Source of the DNA: Eledone cirrhosa
Lineage: Eukaryota
Length of the DNA: 64,000 nucleotides
Direction of reading: 5' to 3'
Assembly (NCBI GenBank): GCA_964016885.1
Contig: OZ024743.1
Span: 241,056,001 to 241,120,000, forward strand
Shown here: one piece after another, positions 16,860-30,414 of the stretch
How positions within the stretch are numbered: position 1 is the stretch's first letter
Layout of the letters: each line of letters starts with the position of its first letter
The notes under the pieces: generated by a model
The model's input: the letters and a program-made list of their open reading frames with translations, nothing else
Database searches by the model: none
Told to the model about the DNA's origin: nothing
Program-made: the position numbers and the translations under genes

Positions 16860-18075
16860 GTGATACAGTCCCTATCCGAAAGATACTATTTATCTCCCAG
16901 ATCTCCCCTATTTAAAATACAGTCCCTATCCGAAAGATACTATTTATCTCCCAGATCTCCCCTATTTAAAATACAGTCCCTATCCGAAAGATACTATTTA
17001 TCTCCCAGATCTCCCCTATTTAAAATACAGTCCCTATCCAAAAGATACTATTTATCTCCCAAATCTCCCCTATTTAAAATATAGTCCCTATCCAAAAGAT
17101 ACTATTTATCTCCCAAATCTCCCCTATTTAAAATACAGTCCCTATCCAAAAGATACTATTTATCTCCCAAATCTCCCCTATTTAAAATACAGTCCCTATT
17201 CAAAAGATACTATTTATCTCCCAAATCTCCCCTATTTAAAATACAGTCCCTATCCAAAAGATACTATTTATCTCCCAAATCTCCCCTATTTAAAATACAG
17301 TCCCTATCCAAACGATACTATTTATCTCCCAAATCTCCCCTATTTAAAATACAGTCCCTATCCAAAAGATACTATTTATCTCCCAAATCTCCTCTATTTA
17401 AAATACAGTCCCTATCCGAAAGATACTATTTATCTCCCAAATCTCCCCTATTTAAAATATAGTCCCTATCCAAAAGATACTATTTATCTCCCAAATCTCC
17501 TCTATTTAAAATACAGTCCCTATCCGAAAGATACTATTTATCTCCCAAATCTCCCCTATTTAAAATACAGTCCCTATCCAAAAGATACTATTTATCTCCC
17601 AAATCTCCTCTATTTAAAATACAGTCCCTATCCGAAAGATACTATTTATCTCCCAAATCTCCCCTATTTAAAATATAGTCCCTATCCAAAAGATACTATT
17701 TATCTCCCAAATCTCCTCTATTTAAAATACAGTCCCTATCCGAAAGATACTATTTATCTCCCAAATCTCCCCTATTTAAAATATAGTCCCTATCCAAAAG
17801 ATACTATTTATCTCCCAAATCTCCTCTATTTAAAATACAGTTCCTATCCGAAAGATACTATTTATCTCCCAAATCTCCCCTATTTAAAATACAGTCCCTA
17901 TCCCAAAGATACTATTTATCTCCCAAATCTCCCCTATTTAAAATACAGTCCCTATCCAAAAGATACTATTTATCTCCCAAATCTCCCCTATTTAAAATAT
18001 AGTCCCTATCCAAAAGATACTATTTATCTCCCAAATCTCTCCTATTTAAAATACAGTCCCTATTCAAAAGATGCT
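16860..18075. repeat. 54-bp minisatellite, about 22 copies
   Basis: Unit ATACAGTCCCTATCCAAAAGATACTATTTATCTCCCAAATCTCCCCTATTTAAA (an 18-codon repeat in the ORF track). Confidence 0.95.
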
Positions 18076-18269
18076 CCCTCTCCAATATATAGTCCCTATG
18101 CAAAATATAGTCAATATCCTAAATGTAGACCCTCTTCAAAAATGCTACGTCTTCAGATGTCACTCACTAATATATAGTCAATTTACAAAAGATATCCCTA
18201 TCTTAAAGAAGGAAGTAATGATCTCATTTAGAAGACCTTTGATTCTAGACTAAAGCCAACAAGAAACCA

Positions 18270-18470
18270 TATTAAAACAGCAGTGAAATCTCCATCACCT
18301 CAAATCATACTCATCCCTTTTTTTTTTAATTACAGGGGACACATTGGATAAAAAACAATCCAAGATATATTATGTCTAAAAATATGACAGGATTGTCACG
18401 GGTGAAATACCTTTAACCATAGGTATGATCAATCAAGAAAAGCCTCGACAATATGACGACGACAACAACA
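18270..18470 (+). mobile_element. Interspersed repeat family B (probable SINE); related copies at ~16690-16800, 33450-33620, 33680-33850, 36860-37020 and 37510-37660
   Basis: Shared motifs: AGAAATA.CAGC.AAAT..CTCAAATCA.AC, GGACACATTGGATAA, GACAGGAT.GTCA.GG.TG.AAT.CCTTT.A.CATAGGT.TG..C.ATCA. Confidence 0.55.
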
Positions 18471-20061
18471 ATTCAAGGCTGGTAGATATATATTTGTTAT
18501 GTAGTTAGACTCCAAACCTCCCTGCTTAATATTTTCCACACATCAAAGGGTAAATAAATATCTCGTTTGTTAAGAATTGAACCTGGTTTTCATATCCCAG
18601 CTAATGTATATTCAGTTCATTTGGAAAAGGAGTGAACGCCACAACCTCATTGAATTATGTTCCCTCAGTCCTGTCCACCCCTCATCTCAGTAACCCCTTG
18701 AATTTGAGTGATTTTATTGCTTTGCTTGTGCGGAGCAAGAAATACATAAAAGATCTTTGTTTTTAATGTTATCTCACAGAAACTAATGTACCTGGTGTAT
18801 ATCCAAATTAGATAATGATATCCTAAATATAACCTCAAACAAACCAATGTTACCCGAGTTATATCCCATTTAAACAATATTATTCCAGATACAATTCGTC
18901 TGGAACTAATGATATCCGAGTTATAAACCAATGTTATCTTAGGAATATATATCATATTTATATAACAAAACGTATGTGTTTATTACACAAACCAAATATT
19001 TATATACTATATATTATAAACCATTATATACTATATATTATAAAAGATATAATAGATATACACTAGTACACTAACAATATTCTCGTTATCGCCCTCATAA
19101 AAAAGAAAACAGCTAGTTAACTAAAATTATTATACATACAGAAACTCGATTAGACGTTATTAATCTAGACATAAGTACTAACGAACCTTTCTTTCCCACT
19201 ATCCAGTATTTATGGATTCTTTCGGGAAGTGTTCCAGATTTGTTCTTCCAGCCGCCAACACCCCCAACAAACCCCACCCACCAAATCACTATCAATTAAC
19301 CAATATCACAAGAGATTTGGTCCAGTTAATAAGCACTCAGCAATAATGTGATCATTCAAATATTTCAAATAAATAGAAAGAAATTACAAAAACAAACGAC
19401 TAATAAAAACAAAGAATGAAATTCATTAAACTGGGTTAATGTTGAAAAATTGTTCCCGTAGTTAATGTTTTTCTATTTGTTATTTGTTCATTGAATAGTT
19501 ATTGTTATTATTGTTGTAATTGTTATTGTTGTTCTTTTCAAATATTCTGGTTGGTAGGTTTGTTCTTGATATCCTTGTTGTTGTTGTTGTTGTTGAATGT
19601 AGTTACTGACGTAGCTCTTGGTATTTTATTTGTTTTTGTTTTGGCCAGACTTGTCGTCGTCGTTATATCTGTTGTTATTTCACTTGTTGTTGTTGCTCCT
19701 CTTTGCCATTCAAATGCCCTTAATGGTTTTAATAAGCGCTTTTCTATCTTCGTAAACTTATTCCATTCTTTCATTCTTTCTTTCTCCCATTCTTACTTAC
19801 TTTCACAATCCATTTATTGTGTAATTTCTAGAGAGTAGAACTGCACATTAAGCAAGGCACTCATGTATAGATTTATTATTCTCCAAAGTATGTATGTATT
19901 ATGTAGGTATGTATGTATATATGTGTGCAGGTATGTATGTATTTGTGTTGTACGTATGTATGTGTGTGTACATGTGTGCGTATGTCTGTAGGTAGGGATG
20001 TTTATATATATATATATATATATATAATGCAAATTTAGACGGGAACAAAACAGAGAGGCAG

Positions 20062-20144
<83 letters not shown>

Positions 20145-20439
20145 TACATATATATATATATTCGAACACACACGTCTTTGTGTAGTTATCTATAGGTATA
20201 ACACGAAAATAGACGGACCGATTATATATATATATATATATATATAAGGTGAGGAGGTGCATGCGTGTGTGTGTGTGTAATTAATGTAAAATTCAACAAT
20301 ATATTTTAAAGTCTAAAATAAATTTAAAGTAGATATCTCAGATGAATTTAAATACAGTGTATAAACGTCGCTGTGAAAATGCAAGTAAATATTGACCTCT
20401 GTCAATAGGTTAAAATTTATTCCCTTTGGAGAGTTTTTA

Positions 20440-21100
20440 GAATTAGGTAAAGTGCAGAATTATCGTCCGATAAAGCGAAATTTAACAGGATTGCAGACTA
20501 CAACAAAGAGACATCATCGCGTAGTTCATACCACAAAGTAGTGAAGTACAGTAGCTCATATAACCTCATCAAACAAACTTCTTTGAAATACTAGAAAGCT
20601 AAATGTTATAAATCAATCCAACAATAGTATAGAAACTAGGGTTGTCATTTGTTCTACTTTTCTGAGTGGAAACAATTTGAACTACCTTAAATTCAAAACC
20701 AGCAATACTGAAGTTACATGAAACCACATCTAAAGCCATCGAGATTAATGCAAACAAGCATAGAGAAAAGATGTCTTTATGGACATTACCGCAATACAGA
20801 ACTATGATACCCAAGAGAAACAATACCTAGAGAATGTCGTTGTATATTGTGTTGAAGTCTACATTAGCACAACAGATTGTTTCGTCACCACAGAGAAAAA
20901 ACTACGTACCTTTCAAAGCATATTTGGAAAACCAGAGACATAAATACTACCAGAATCACATGAATTTTCTTTGATATAAAGTGTATTAACTGTCAAGCAA
21001 TGTAGTGTGATCTATGCATTACCGAGAAACTCTGCATCATTTACCACTCTAACTAAAAATAAACTTTTAAAAGACAAATGAATTCAATCATTGTAGTCTC
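20440..21100 (+). pseudogene. Old PLE relic (thumb to GIY-YIG C-terminus)
   Basis: Pieces ELSSDKAKFNRIADYN, YLENVVVYCVEV and CDLCITEKLCII (21006) match SSNRKIF..YN, CLVKNIVYNCNV and CDLCAEEIFFI of the 44-kb PLE. Confidence 0.6.
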
Positions 21101-21771
21101 CAATGACTGTTCTCTTTCCACTAGTGGATGAAGTCAGCACCTAATTGACATATACTTTGTCAGTGGGTCCCAGCAGACAGGGTATCTAGCATTCAGCTGC
21201 ACAGAGATCACTTGCTGTAATAACTTCCTGCCGTCATACCATGATGCTGGAAGCAATGACAAACACCTTCTGATCATAGTTATCGATCACCATCTAAACC
21301 ACCTAAACATGGAAATCTTCCATTCCCTTTTTTGTGTTTTCTATCTTTCTTTCTGTCTTTCTTTCTTTCTTTCCTTCTTTCTTTCTTTCTTTATTTATTT
21401 ATTCATTTATTTATTTATGCATTTATGACTTCCTTTTATTTCAATTATATCAAACGTGGGCTCAACATGCCATCTAAGAACTGCAGACAAATTCAAGGGA
21501 ATCAAATTATCCACATGGAAATATACCATATGAAGATGTGTGTGGAGTTAAGTCTATATGAGAGAGGGTGTGCGGCTCTCTGTGACAGGTAGAGATATAT
21601 CTGATAGAGAGAAGGATAGAAACAAAATGAGTGAAAGAGAAAGAAAGAAAGAAATGTAAGACAGACAGAGGGTATATGTACTTATTCGGTAGATCCTTGC
21701 ATTCTTCTGTCCCTAAGCGCAGCAATTACATAATGAGACTAATAGAATTATCAAATCACGAATAAAACACC

Positions 21772-22860
<1,089 letters not shown>

Positions 22861-24356
22861 TACATATAGTTGGTATGGATAATTGGTAAATGGAAATAGT
22901 TTCTGGAATAAAGAGATACATGAGTGTCATTATTTCTTTACTGTCGGCGTTTGTAACATGATGTGAAGTTGCTTGGAGGTAGGTTTCCCTTGGTTGGTAA
23001 CGTTTATATTCAGATATTAGTATTATTACTAACAGAATATGTTATAATGAAATAAATACGTTAAAATTAGCTAAATGCCAAAACAAATACGGTACTGGTG
23101 ATAAATACTGTTTCTGTCCCTGTAATATATTATATATATTATTTTCCCATCTGGAAGCTATGTAAATTAGCATGACTGGATAAGGAAATAATATTAACAG
23201 GAACATAAGGGCAATATTTATAAAACAAACCCCATCCGAAAGGTTAACCGGAATAAATGGAGGTATAAGGGAAACTCATCATAAAGTCTCAATTGGAAGG
23301 CTACAATATCTAGTCAAGAGTGAAGGCAAATTAATACATATACCTACAAAACACGGATGATATGTTTTCTGTCTACAAGGAAAGCAAGAAATATTAAAGA
23401 GAGGTTGCAGAAACAGGTAGTTGTAGGGAGGATGGAGAAAAAAGGAAATAAAAACTGCTAAAACACTAAAAAGTAGATCGAAGATGAAGTGTCCTCATAA
23501 TAAAACAAGTCATCCATAAATAATAGTTAAGCGGAAATTAAGAATAGAAAAAAAATCCCCTCAGAACTGGATGAGAAGCGCTCAACTGAATACTGAAACG
23601 AAAACATTTGTGATCGTAGTACAAGACCAAAGGGTTCTCCCCAGAAACTTCTAAAACACGTTAGGAGAAACAGAGAAGGTACAGAGAGAGGGAGAGAGGG
23701 GTCGAGAAAAAGAGGGGGAAGAGGAAGAGGGGTTAGTGTGAGGGAGCAGAGAGACACAGACGGGACAGAGGAAGAAGGAGTAAGATAGAAAGAGAACTAG
23801 GATATATAGAGAGAGAATGAAATAGAGAATGAGAGAATGAGGAAGAGAGAGAGAGGGAGGGAGAGATTCAAATCACGAGGAAAAAACTGTCTCATCGGTG
23901 TTTTAGACTCTCCTAATCGATATATTAGTCCCCTCCTAATCGATGTATCAATCCCACCTAATCTATGTATCAGTCCTTTCTTATCGATGTAATAACCTCT
24001 CCAATTCGATGTATCAATCCAACGTAGTGGTGGAAGTGGTGTTCGTGGTGATGTTAATGAAGGTGGTAAGTGATAATGATGAGGATGGTGGTGGTGAACA
24101 TAATGGCGATCATAATGGTAGTGCTGGTAATAATGGTTGTGATAATGATAATGTTTGTGGTTGGGGTGATAATTGTGGTGGTAATGATAGTGATGAAGAT
24201 GATAATGGTGTTGATGATGGTGATGGTGTTGTTGATTATCGTAATGACGATAGTGACTATGGTGTTGATGATTTTCTAGCGAATTTTAGTGATATGTAGA
24301 CAAATATGCATGACGTTCACACTTTCACAACGCACAATCTATACATATATATATAT

Positions 24357-24601
<245 letters not shown>

Positions 24602-24606
<5 letters not shown>

Positions 24607-25212
24607 GGCTGCCAACTCGTTTTCGAGTACGACCACTACTTTTATATCCATGTAGGTGAACCCTTACCGATGCGCTGAACGTGTGTGACTTTTTAGTCCA
24701 GCCAGCGACGTGAAAACTCTGGTACAAACACTACACTTGTGACAATTATTGACACATAGTGCTGGGCCCATGGTACCATGTGACGACAAGTGCAGAGAGA
24801 TCTCCAGATATAAAGCAATGCCTGTGCCGTGAAGCTTTTATAGTGAACAAAGGCACTGCACAAAGCCAGTCCCACTCTCTTAACCAAGATGATATTTACC
24901 AAAAGGAAGAACAAGTCAACATCATTGGATACCATCAGGGTTGCAGGTGTTATTACAGAGTTTTCCTTCTCCTAGAATTCTGCCTTGACAAAGGCTAAGG
25001 GATCATCTCTCCCGCTGATTTTATGTCAAACCACCAGTTGGTGCTACTGGTAACATGTATCCCAGTACAATCTGTCTCATGGTCGGGTCGTTGGCGACTA
25101 AACTGGCAACCCCACGAAGGTTTCTTGGTGAGCAGGGTGACTTTGGACATCCTGCAGGACTAAAAACAAAACTTGTCAAAGGGCAAAGGAGCTCTTAAGA
25201 GTCAATTGCTCA
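24602..25212 (+). mobile_element. Possible LINE (RTE-type) 5' UTR fragment
   Basis: GC-richer block starting right after (TA)n. TTCCTTCTCCTAGA...AAGGCTAA and GGTCGTTGGCGACTAAACTGGCAACCCCAC resemble RTE 5' regions from memory only; no ORF. Confidence 0.3.
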
Positions 25213-25246
25213 AAACTCCAGTTGCATTTTCGATTTCATCTATTTT

Positions 25247-25294
<48 letters not shown>

Positions 25295-25358
25295 CGAAAA
25301 TAAATGAAATCGAAAATGCAACTGGAGTCTTTTTTTTTTTAAATATATATTTATTTGG

Positions 25359-25400
25359 TTCCTTTACCCGTTTCGCAGTTCTTCTGCTTTTCAAAAGTAG
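25359..25400 (-). ncRNA. Same U3-A8 hammerhead motif in the PLE1 3' pLTR (stem III mutated)
   Basis: Reverse complement CTACTTTTGAAAAGCAGAAGAACTGCGAAACGGGTAAAGGAA. Confidence 0.5.
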
Positions 25401-25841
25401 AATTGAGATGGAGGGTCTGTGGTTTTTCTCACATCTGGTTGGTCTTTGAATGTTACTTCTGTTTTATATGGAAAAAAGTGGCTCGAAATACCAGGATTTT
25501 AGAGAAGTAATTTGGTTGGTTGGTGAATAAGTATAATAAATTTCGCGCCAGTTCGCGTTACAAAGTTCTCCAAACAAAGGGGGGTTGTTTTTTCATATAT
25601 GAGTGAAGTTTGGTTGGTTGATGCAGTCACGTGAATAAGCACATCAGCTTTCGCAGTTTGTGTTTGAATTTCTATTTACTTAAAAAAAGGGTCTCACGAA
25701 GGCTTTTTTTTTATAAATGTAATTTGATTGGTTATAAATGAAATTATGACAGTCACGTGAACAAGTACATTATATTTCGGGCCCGTATTTTGGAATTTTT
25801 TTGTAGCCATTTAGAAAATGTTGTGCCAAACAAAAGATAAT

Positions 25842-25943
25842 TGTTTCTACATTTGGCACAAGACCAGAAATAACCCAGTGTATTACTGGTACTTTATTTT
25901 ATCAACCCCATAAGGATGAAAGGCAAAGAGTTAACCTCGGCGG
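25842..25943 (-). mobile_element. 5'-truncated family-A SINE nested in the PLE1 3' UTR
   Basis: SINE core flanked by a 19-bp TSD GTGCCAAACAAAAG(A/G)TAAT at 25823-25841 and 25944-25962. Confidence 0.85.
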
Positions 25944-26793
25944 GTGCCAAACAAAAGGTAATGGTCAAGAAAAAGGGATGGAGAGAGTTGTTCTGAGTAT
26001 GACTGATGTGCTGAAATGTAATTTGATTGGTTATAAGTGAAATTATTACAGTCACGTGAACAAGTACATTAAATTCCACGCCCGTATTTGGGAATTTATT
26101 TTGTAGCCTTTTAGAGAATTTTGTGCCAAACAAAAGATAATGGTCAAGAAAAATGGGATGGGGAGAATTGTTCTGGTTCAGTGATGGCTTGTACGCTGGG
26201 GCGTCATAATTCAGACTTTCTATTGAAATAAAGAAAGTAGAGATATGTATGTTTATTTGTGTGCTTGTGTGTGTGTGTGTAGGAAGATGATTCTATTAGT
26301 AGAAATGGGGGGGGGGGGTTTCTATGTGTATGGGTGTTATGTGTGTGTGTGTGTGTATTTGTGTGTGGGAGTATGGTTAGCATGTTAAGATGGAGAGAAT
26401 ATATATATATTGTATGTGTGTGTGTGTGTGTCTGAAAAGGATTCTATTAGTTGAAGTGGAGGAGGGAGTTGTGTTGTGTGTGTGTGTGTATAGGTGTTAT
26501 GTGTCTTTGTATGGGTGTTATGTGTGTGTGGGAGTATGGTTCGCATGTTAAGCTGGTGAGAATATTTATATTTGTGTGTGTAGTAAAATCATTCCGTTAG
26601 TAGAAATGGGGGAGGGAGTTCTGTGTGTGTGTGGGAGGGGGGTAAGCATGTTAAGGTGTTAGAGTATAGGTGTTAGTATGTTAAGGTTTATTTAGTTCGG
26701 GTTTTTATTTTCTAAAGTAGAAGGTGTTATTTGTGTGTGCATGTATGTGTCTGTTTGTATGGTTAGCATGTTATGGTGTTGACATAATGAATA

Positions 26794-29700
26794 TTAAACC
26801 ATATTTAATGCTGGTCTATATTTTTGAATAAACATATTTTTCTTATTTATTCGTATTTGTTCTGTTGTATTATCAGCGCAAAGATAACATGGGAAGACTT
26901 GGAATTCGGGTGTCTTATTACTTGCGCATATGTCTAGATGTGCACTTAGTGGTATCTCTCTCGTGGTTGGATCTCGTAATTGTTGGCGATGAACTGTCAT
27001 TCTGTTTCTGAGTGTGAGTTTAGTTTGTCCTATATAATCTTCATTGCATCATTTACATTTAATGGCATAAATTAGATTTTTTGATGAGCAAGTGAAGTGA
27101 TTTTTTACAGCAATATTTTGTCCTGATTTAAATGTATACGTGTTGCTTTCAATGAGGTGAGTGCAGGTTCCACAATTAGAGCGACCGCATTTTTTTACAG
27201 TTGGTTGTGGGTCTGTGGTAGGTAATTTGGCATTGGTGAATAATGTTTTTAGTGATTTCGGTTGTCTTTTGCTTTTGATTATTTTGTGTGTCTCAAGGGC
27301 TTTTTTCATTCTTGTGTCTTGTTTCAATTGTGGGATGTTCTTGTGAATAGTGTTGTAAGCTTCCGCATTTCTTGGGTTGTGTGTTGAGATATATGATAGA
27401 ATATTGGACGTATCTTGAATTTGCTTCTGTTTTTGTAATTCATCAATGCCTATTGCTTTAGCCCTTTCTATTCCATTATTTATTAGTAATGGTGGGTACT
27501 GTCTTTCGAGTAGAATTTCCTTTAATTCTTGAAGTCTTTTATTTCGCATTTCATAATTGGAGACAATTGTGCAATTTCTTCTTGCTAGGTTAAAAGGGGT
27601 GTTCGTCTTCGTGTGCTTTGGATGGCTGGAGATGAATAGCAGGTATTGTTTGGAATCTGTTGGTTTGTAGTGTATGTCAGTTTCAATATTTGTGTCTTTT
27701 GTTAAGTTTAAGATGTCCAGAAATGGGAGTTGATCTTGGATGTATTCCATTGTGAATTGGATGTGGTTATTGATGCCGTTAATTAAATTTTTGAAATCAT
27801 TTAGTTGGTCGAGTGTGTGAGACCAAAGAAAGAGACAATCATCCAAGTAGCGTTTCCAATTCTCTGATAAATATTTGTGGAAGTTCAATCCGTATTTTGA
27901 TTTGGACTGTTCATATATCTGGACTTCCAAGTATGCCATGAGTAAGTTGGCATAAGTTGGAGCGGCTTTTGTACTCATCGCAGTCCCCGATATTTGCTTG
28001 TAAGTACTGCCATCGAAATCAAAAAAGTTGTTCTGTAAAATAAATTTTAATCCCTCGGTGATGAAGCTCGGTGTTGAAGCTTTTTTCTATTCTGGGATAT
28101 TTCTCTAGCCAGAATCCTATTGCTTCTAGTCCGTATTGGTGTGGGATCGTTGAGTAGAGATTCACTATATCGAAAGACACAATAATAGTGTCGTTGTTGA
28201 CATGTTTGGGGAGGTGGTTTAAGAGGTCCAGATCGTCTTTTACAAGGCTTGGTATGTGTTTGAAAATTGGTTTTAGTAGTATGTCTATAAAGTTGCTTAG
28301 TCTGTGTGTTTCGCATTGTGGGCCCGCTACAATAGGTATTAATTTAAGGTATGTGGGGTATTGTGTGTTCACGCAGGTTGAGGTGGATTGTTTACAGGCA
28401 TCGTTAATTATTTTACACTTGTGGATCTTCGGAAGTCCGTAAAGGTTGCCGGTTTTGTATTCAAAATGTGTTAAATAATCGCGTTCCTTTTTAGTTCTCT
28501 TCCTGGTATCGACTAATGAATGTGTTTAATCTGGTCATCGTTTTTGATTGTTGGTAGTTTTTTACTCTTTCATAGTAGTTAGTATTTTGTAAGAGAGAGA
28601 ACATAGAATTTTTATATTGTTCAGCATCCATAATGACGACAGTACTTCCCTTGTCCGCTCCTAAATTATAATGTCCGTATTGTTTTTAGTTCATGGATAA
28701 TCTCCCATTCCCTTCGACTCGTGTTGGGTTTGGGTTTAGCTTGCGGTAGTTCATGGTATGGGAAAGTTGCTATGTGGTCACAAAATCTATCCAGAACTCT
28801 GTTTCTACCTTTTGTTGGGTTGTAGCTGATTTTATTCCGTACAATTGATTGGTCGTTATTCTCCTTGTCAAAAAATTCCTCTGTGAGACGTAATTTTCTA
28901 CAGAAGTGTGAGATATCGTTATTTATCTCATTGAGGTTAGAGTATTGTGGCGTTGGTGTGAATTTCAGTCCTTTGGAGAGAATTTTAATTTGTTGGGCTG
29001 AGAAGTTTGTATTTGAAAGGTTGATTATTTTCGGTTTTTCAAAATCGGTTTGTGGCACCGGGTGTCGTGGGTCCTGTAGCCTTGGTCTAAAATATGATTT
29101 TTTTTAATTGTTTTTTCATGGGTATTATTATATCTAATGACATTTCTCCTGTTATTGTGTGGTCTTGTATAGAAGTTTCGGACGTATTGAGGTTCGGTTT
29201 GTTGATGGTCCGGGTTGTAGATTTTGGATCTTGGTGTGGGTTGGGATCTACGATTTAGGAACAGGTTCTGTGTGGGTTGGGGTCTACAGTTTTGGAATAG
29301 GTTTTGTGTGGGTTGTGATCTACGGATCGGGTCCTGTCTTGTGTTGGGGGACATTCGGTTTTTGTTAGTAGGGTTATAGTTTTGTCTATGGGTTCTGGGA
29401 TTATCGACATAGTTTTGCTGGGGGTATGCTGGACGTTTTGTTACTTTTTTTGTTATTTGTTGTGCGTGTGGTGTGTGAGTTTTAGTTTGTTTTAAAAATG
29501 GGTTACCTGTATGTTGTTCATTTTTGAAATCCATTTCGTAGTTTTTGAACCAGGTGGCGTTTTTTCCCCATCGCTGGAGGGATGTTAGTTCTTCATTCTC
29601 ACAATTTTATTTCCAAAGTTTTAAGGTTTTTTCATAGAGTAGGCCTTCAGAGTGCCTTGAGATTTCTGTTTCCATCTGTTGGTTGAGTAACTTGAATTTT

Positions 29701-30230
29701 TCTTCGTTGGAGTTGGCTCTTAACCGCAGCAGTTCTATTTCTATTTTAAACTTTTCTAACGCCATCTTTTCCCTAAGTTTTGTTGGTTTTCTGGTTCATT
29801 CGGGATGGGTTTTATTTGGATTTTTTTTTTGGGGGGGGGGGGTAATTGGGGTAGAGTTTAGCCACTTTTCATATATATCTGCCTTGCCATTATTTTTTAG
29901 GAGATTCCAAAAGGCGAATTTGGGGGCTGTGAGCTTTTGAGTTGATATATTGATTAGGGTGTTTTTCACTGAGTAGACATCTCGTAGATTGGGTTCTAAT
30001 GGTTGTTTCAGCTTTTGGAGCATAGCGGTTTCAATGGTTTCGATTAGTTTAATGCTGGAGTAATATTCGTCTCTTGGGTATTTTCTGCTTCTTCATGGGG
30101 TCCTTTTTTTATAGATATGTATTTGGTACACTTTGTTGGTCAAAATTAAAAGTTTGGAGGAAATCTCTTTGAGTTCATTTAAGATGTCCTGGTTCAGTGA
30201 GTTGTCGTTTTGTTAAGACTTTGGTGGCAT
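26794..30230 (-). pseudogene. PLE1 ORF: N-terminal region, RT and GIY-YIG endonuclease (frameshifts and stops)
   Basis: LSKGLKFTPTP, YGLPKIHK (28417-28442 region), SFDIVNLYSTIP, APTYANL, WKRYLDD, LPFLD, KPTD..YL...SSHP, CGRSNCGTC, LIYAIKC..YIGQT, R...HR. Confidence 0.92.
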
Positions 30231-30414
30231 TTTCTGTCTTCGTGTGGTGGGTATGTATTAGAAAGTGAGGTTTATTTTTACAAAATGAAAAATAACCGAG
30301 GTGTCCTACACGAGTGAAAGTATAAGGAAAAAAGATGAAATCGAAAATGCAACTGGAGTCTTTTTTTTTTTAATTTATATTTATTTGGTTCCTTTACCGG
30401 TTTCGCAGTTCTTC

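Larger units (their letters stand above)
25292..30414 (-). mobile_element. Penelope-like element PLE1 (Neptune-like), near full length, with direct pseudo-LTRs
   Basis: RT and GIY-YIG remnants. The 5' pLTR (30257-30414) directly repeats the 3' end (25292-25384). 3' UTR about 1.5 kb; terminus lies in (TA)n. Confidence 0.9.

Noticed and set aside
27049-27051. In-frame TGA in the PLE1 GIY-YIG region (CK*C) as possible selenocysteine
   Set aside because: It occupies a spacer position of CxxC rather than a Cys position, the ORF has many other lesions, and no SECIS was recognised.
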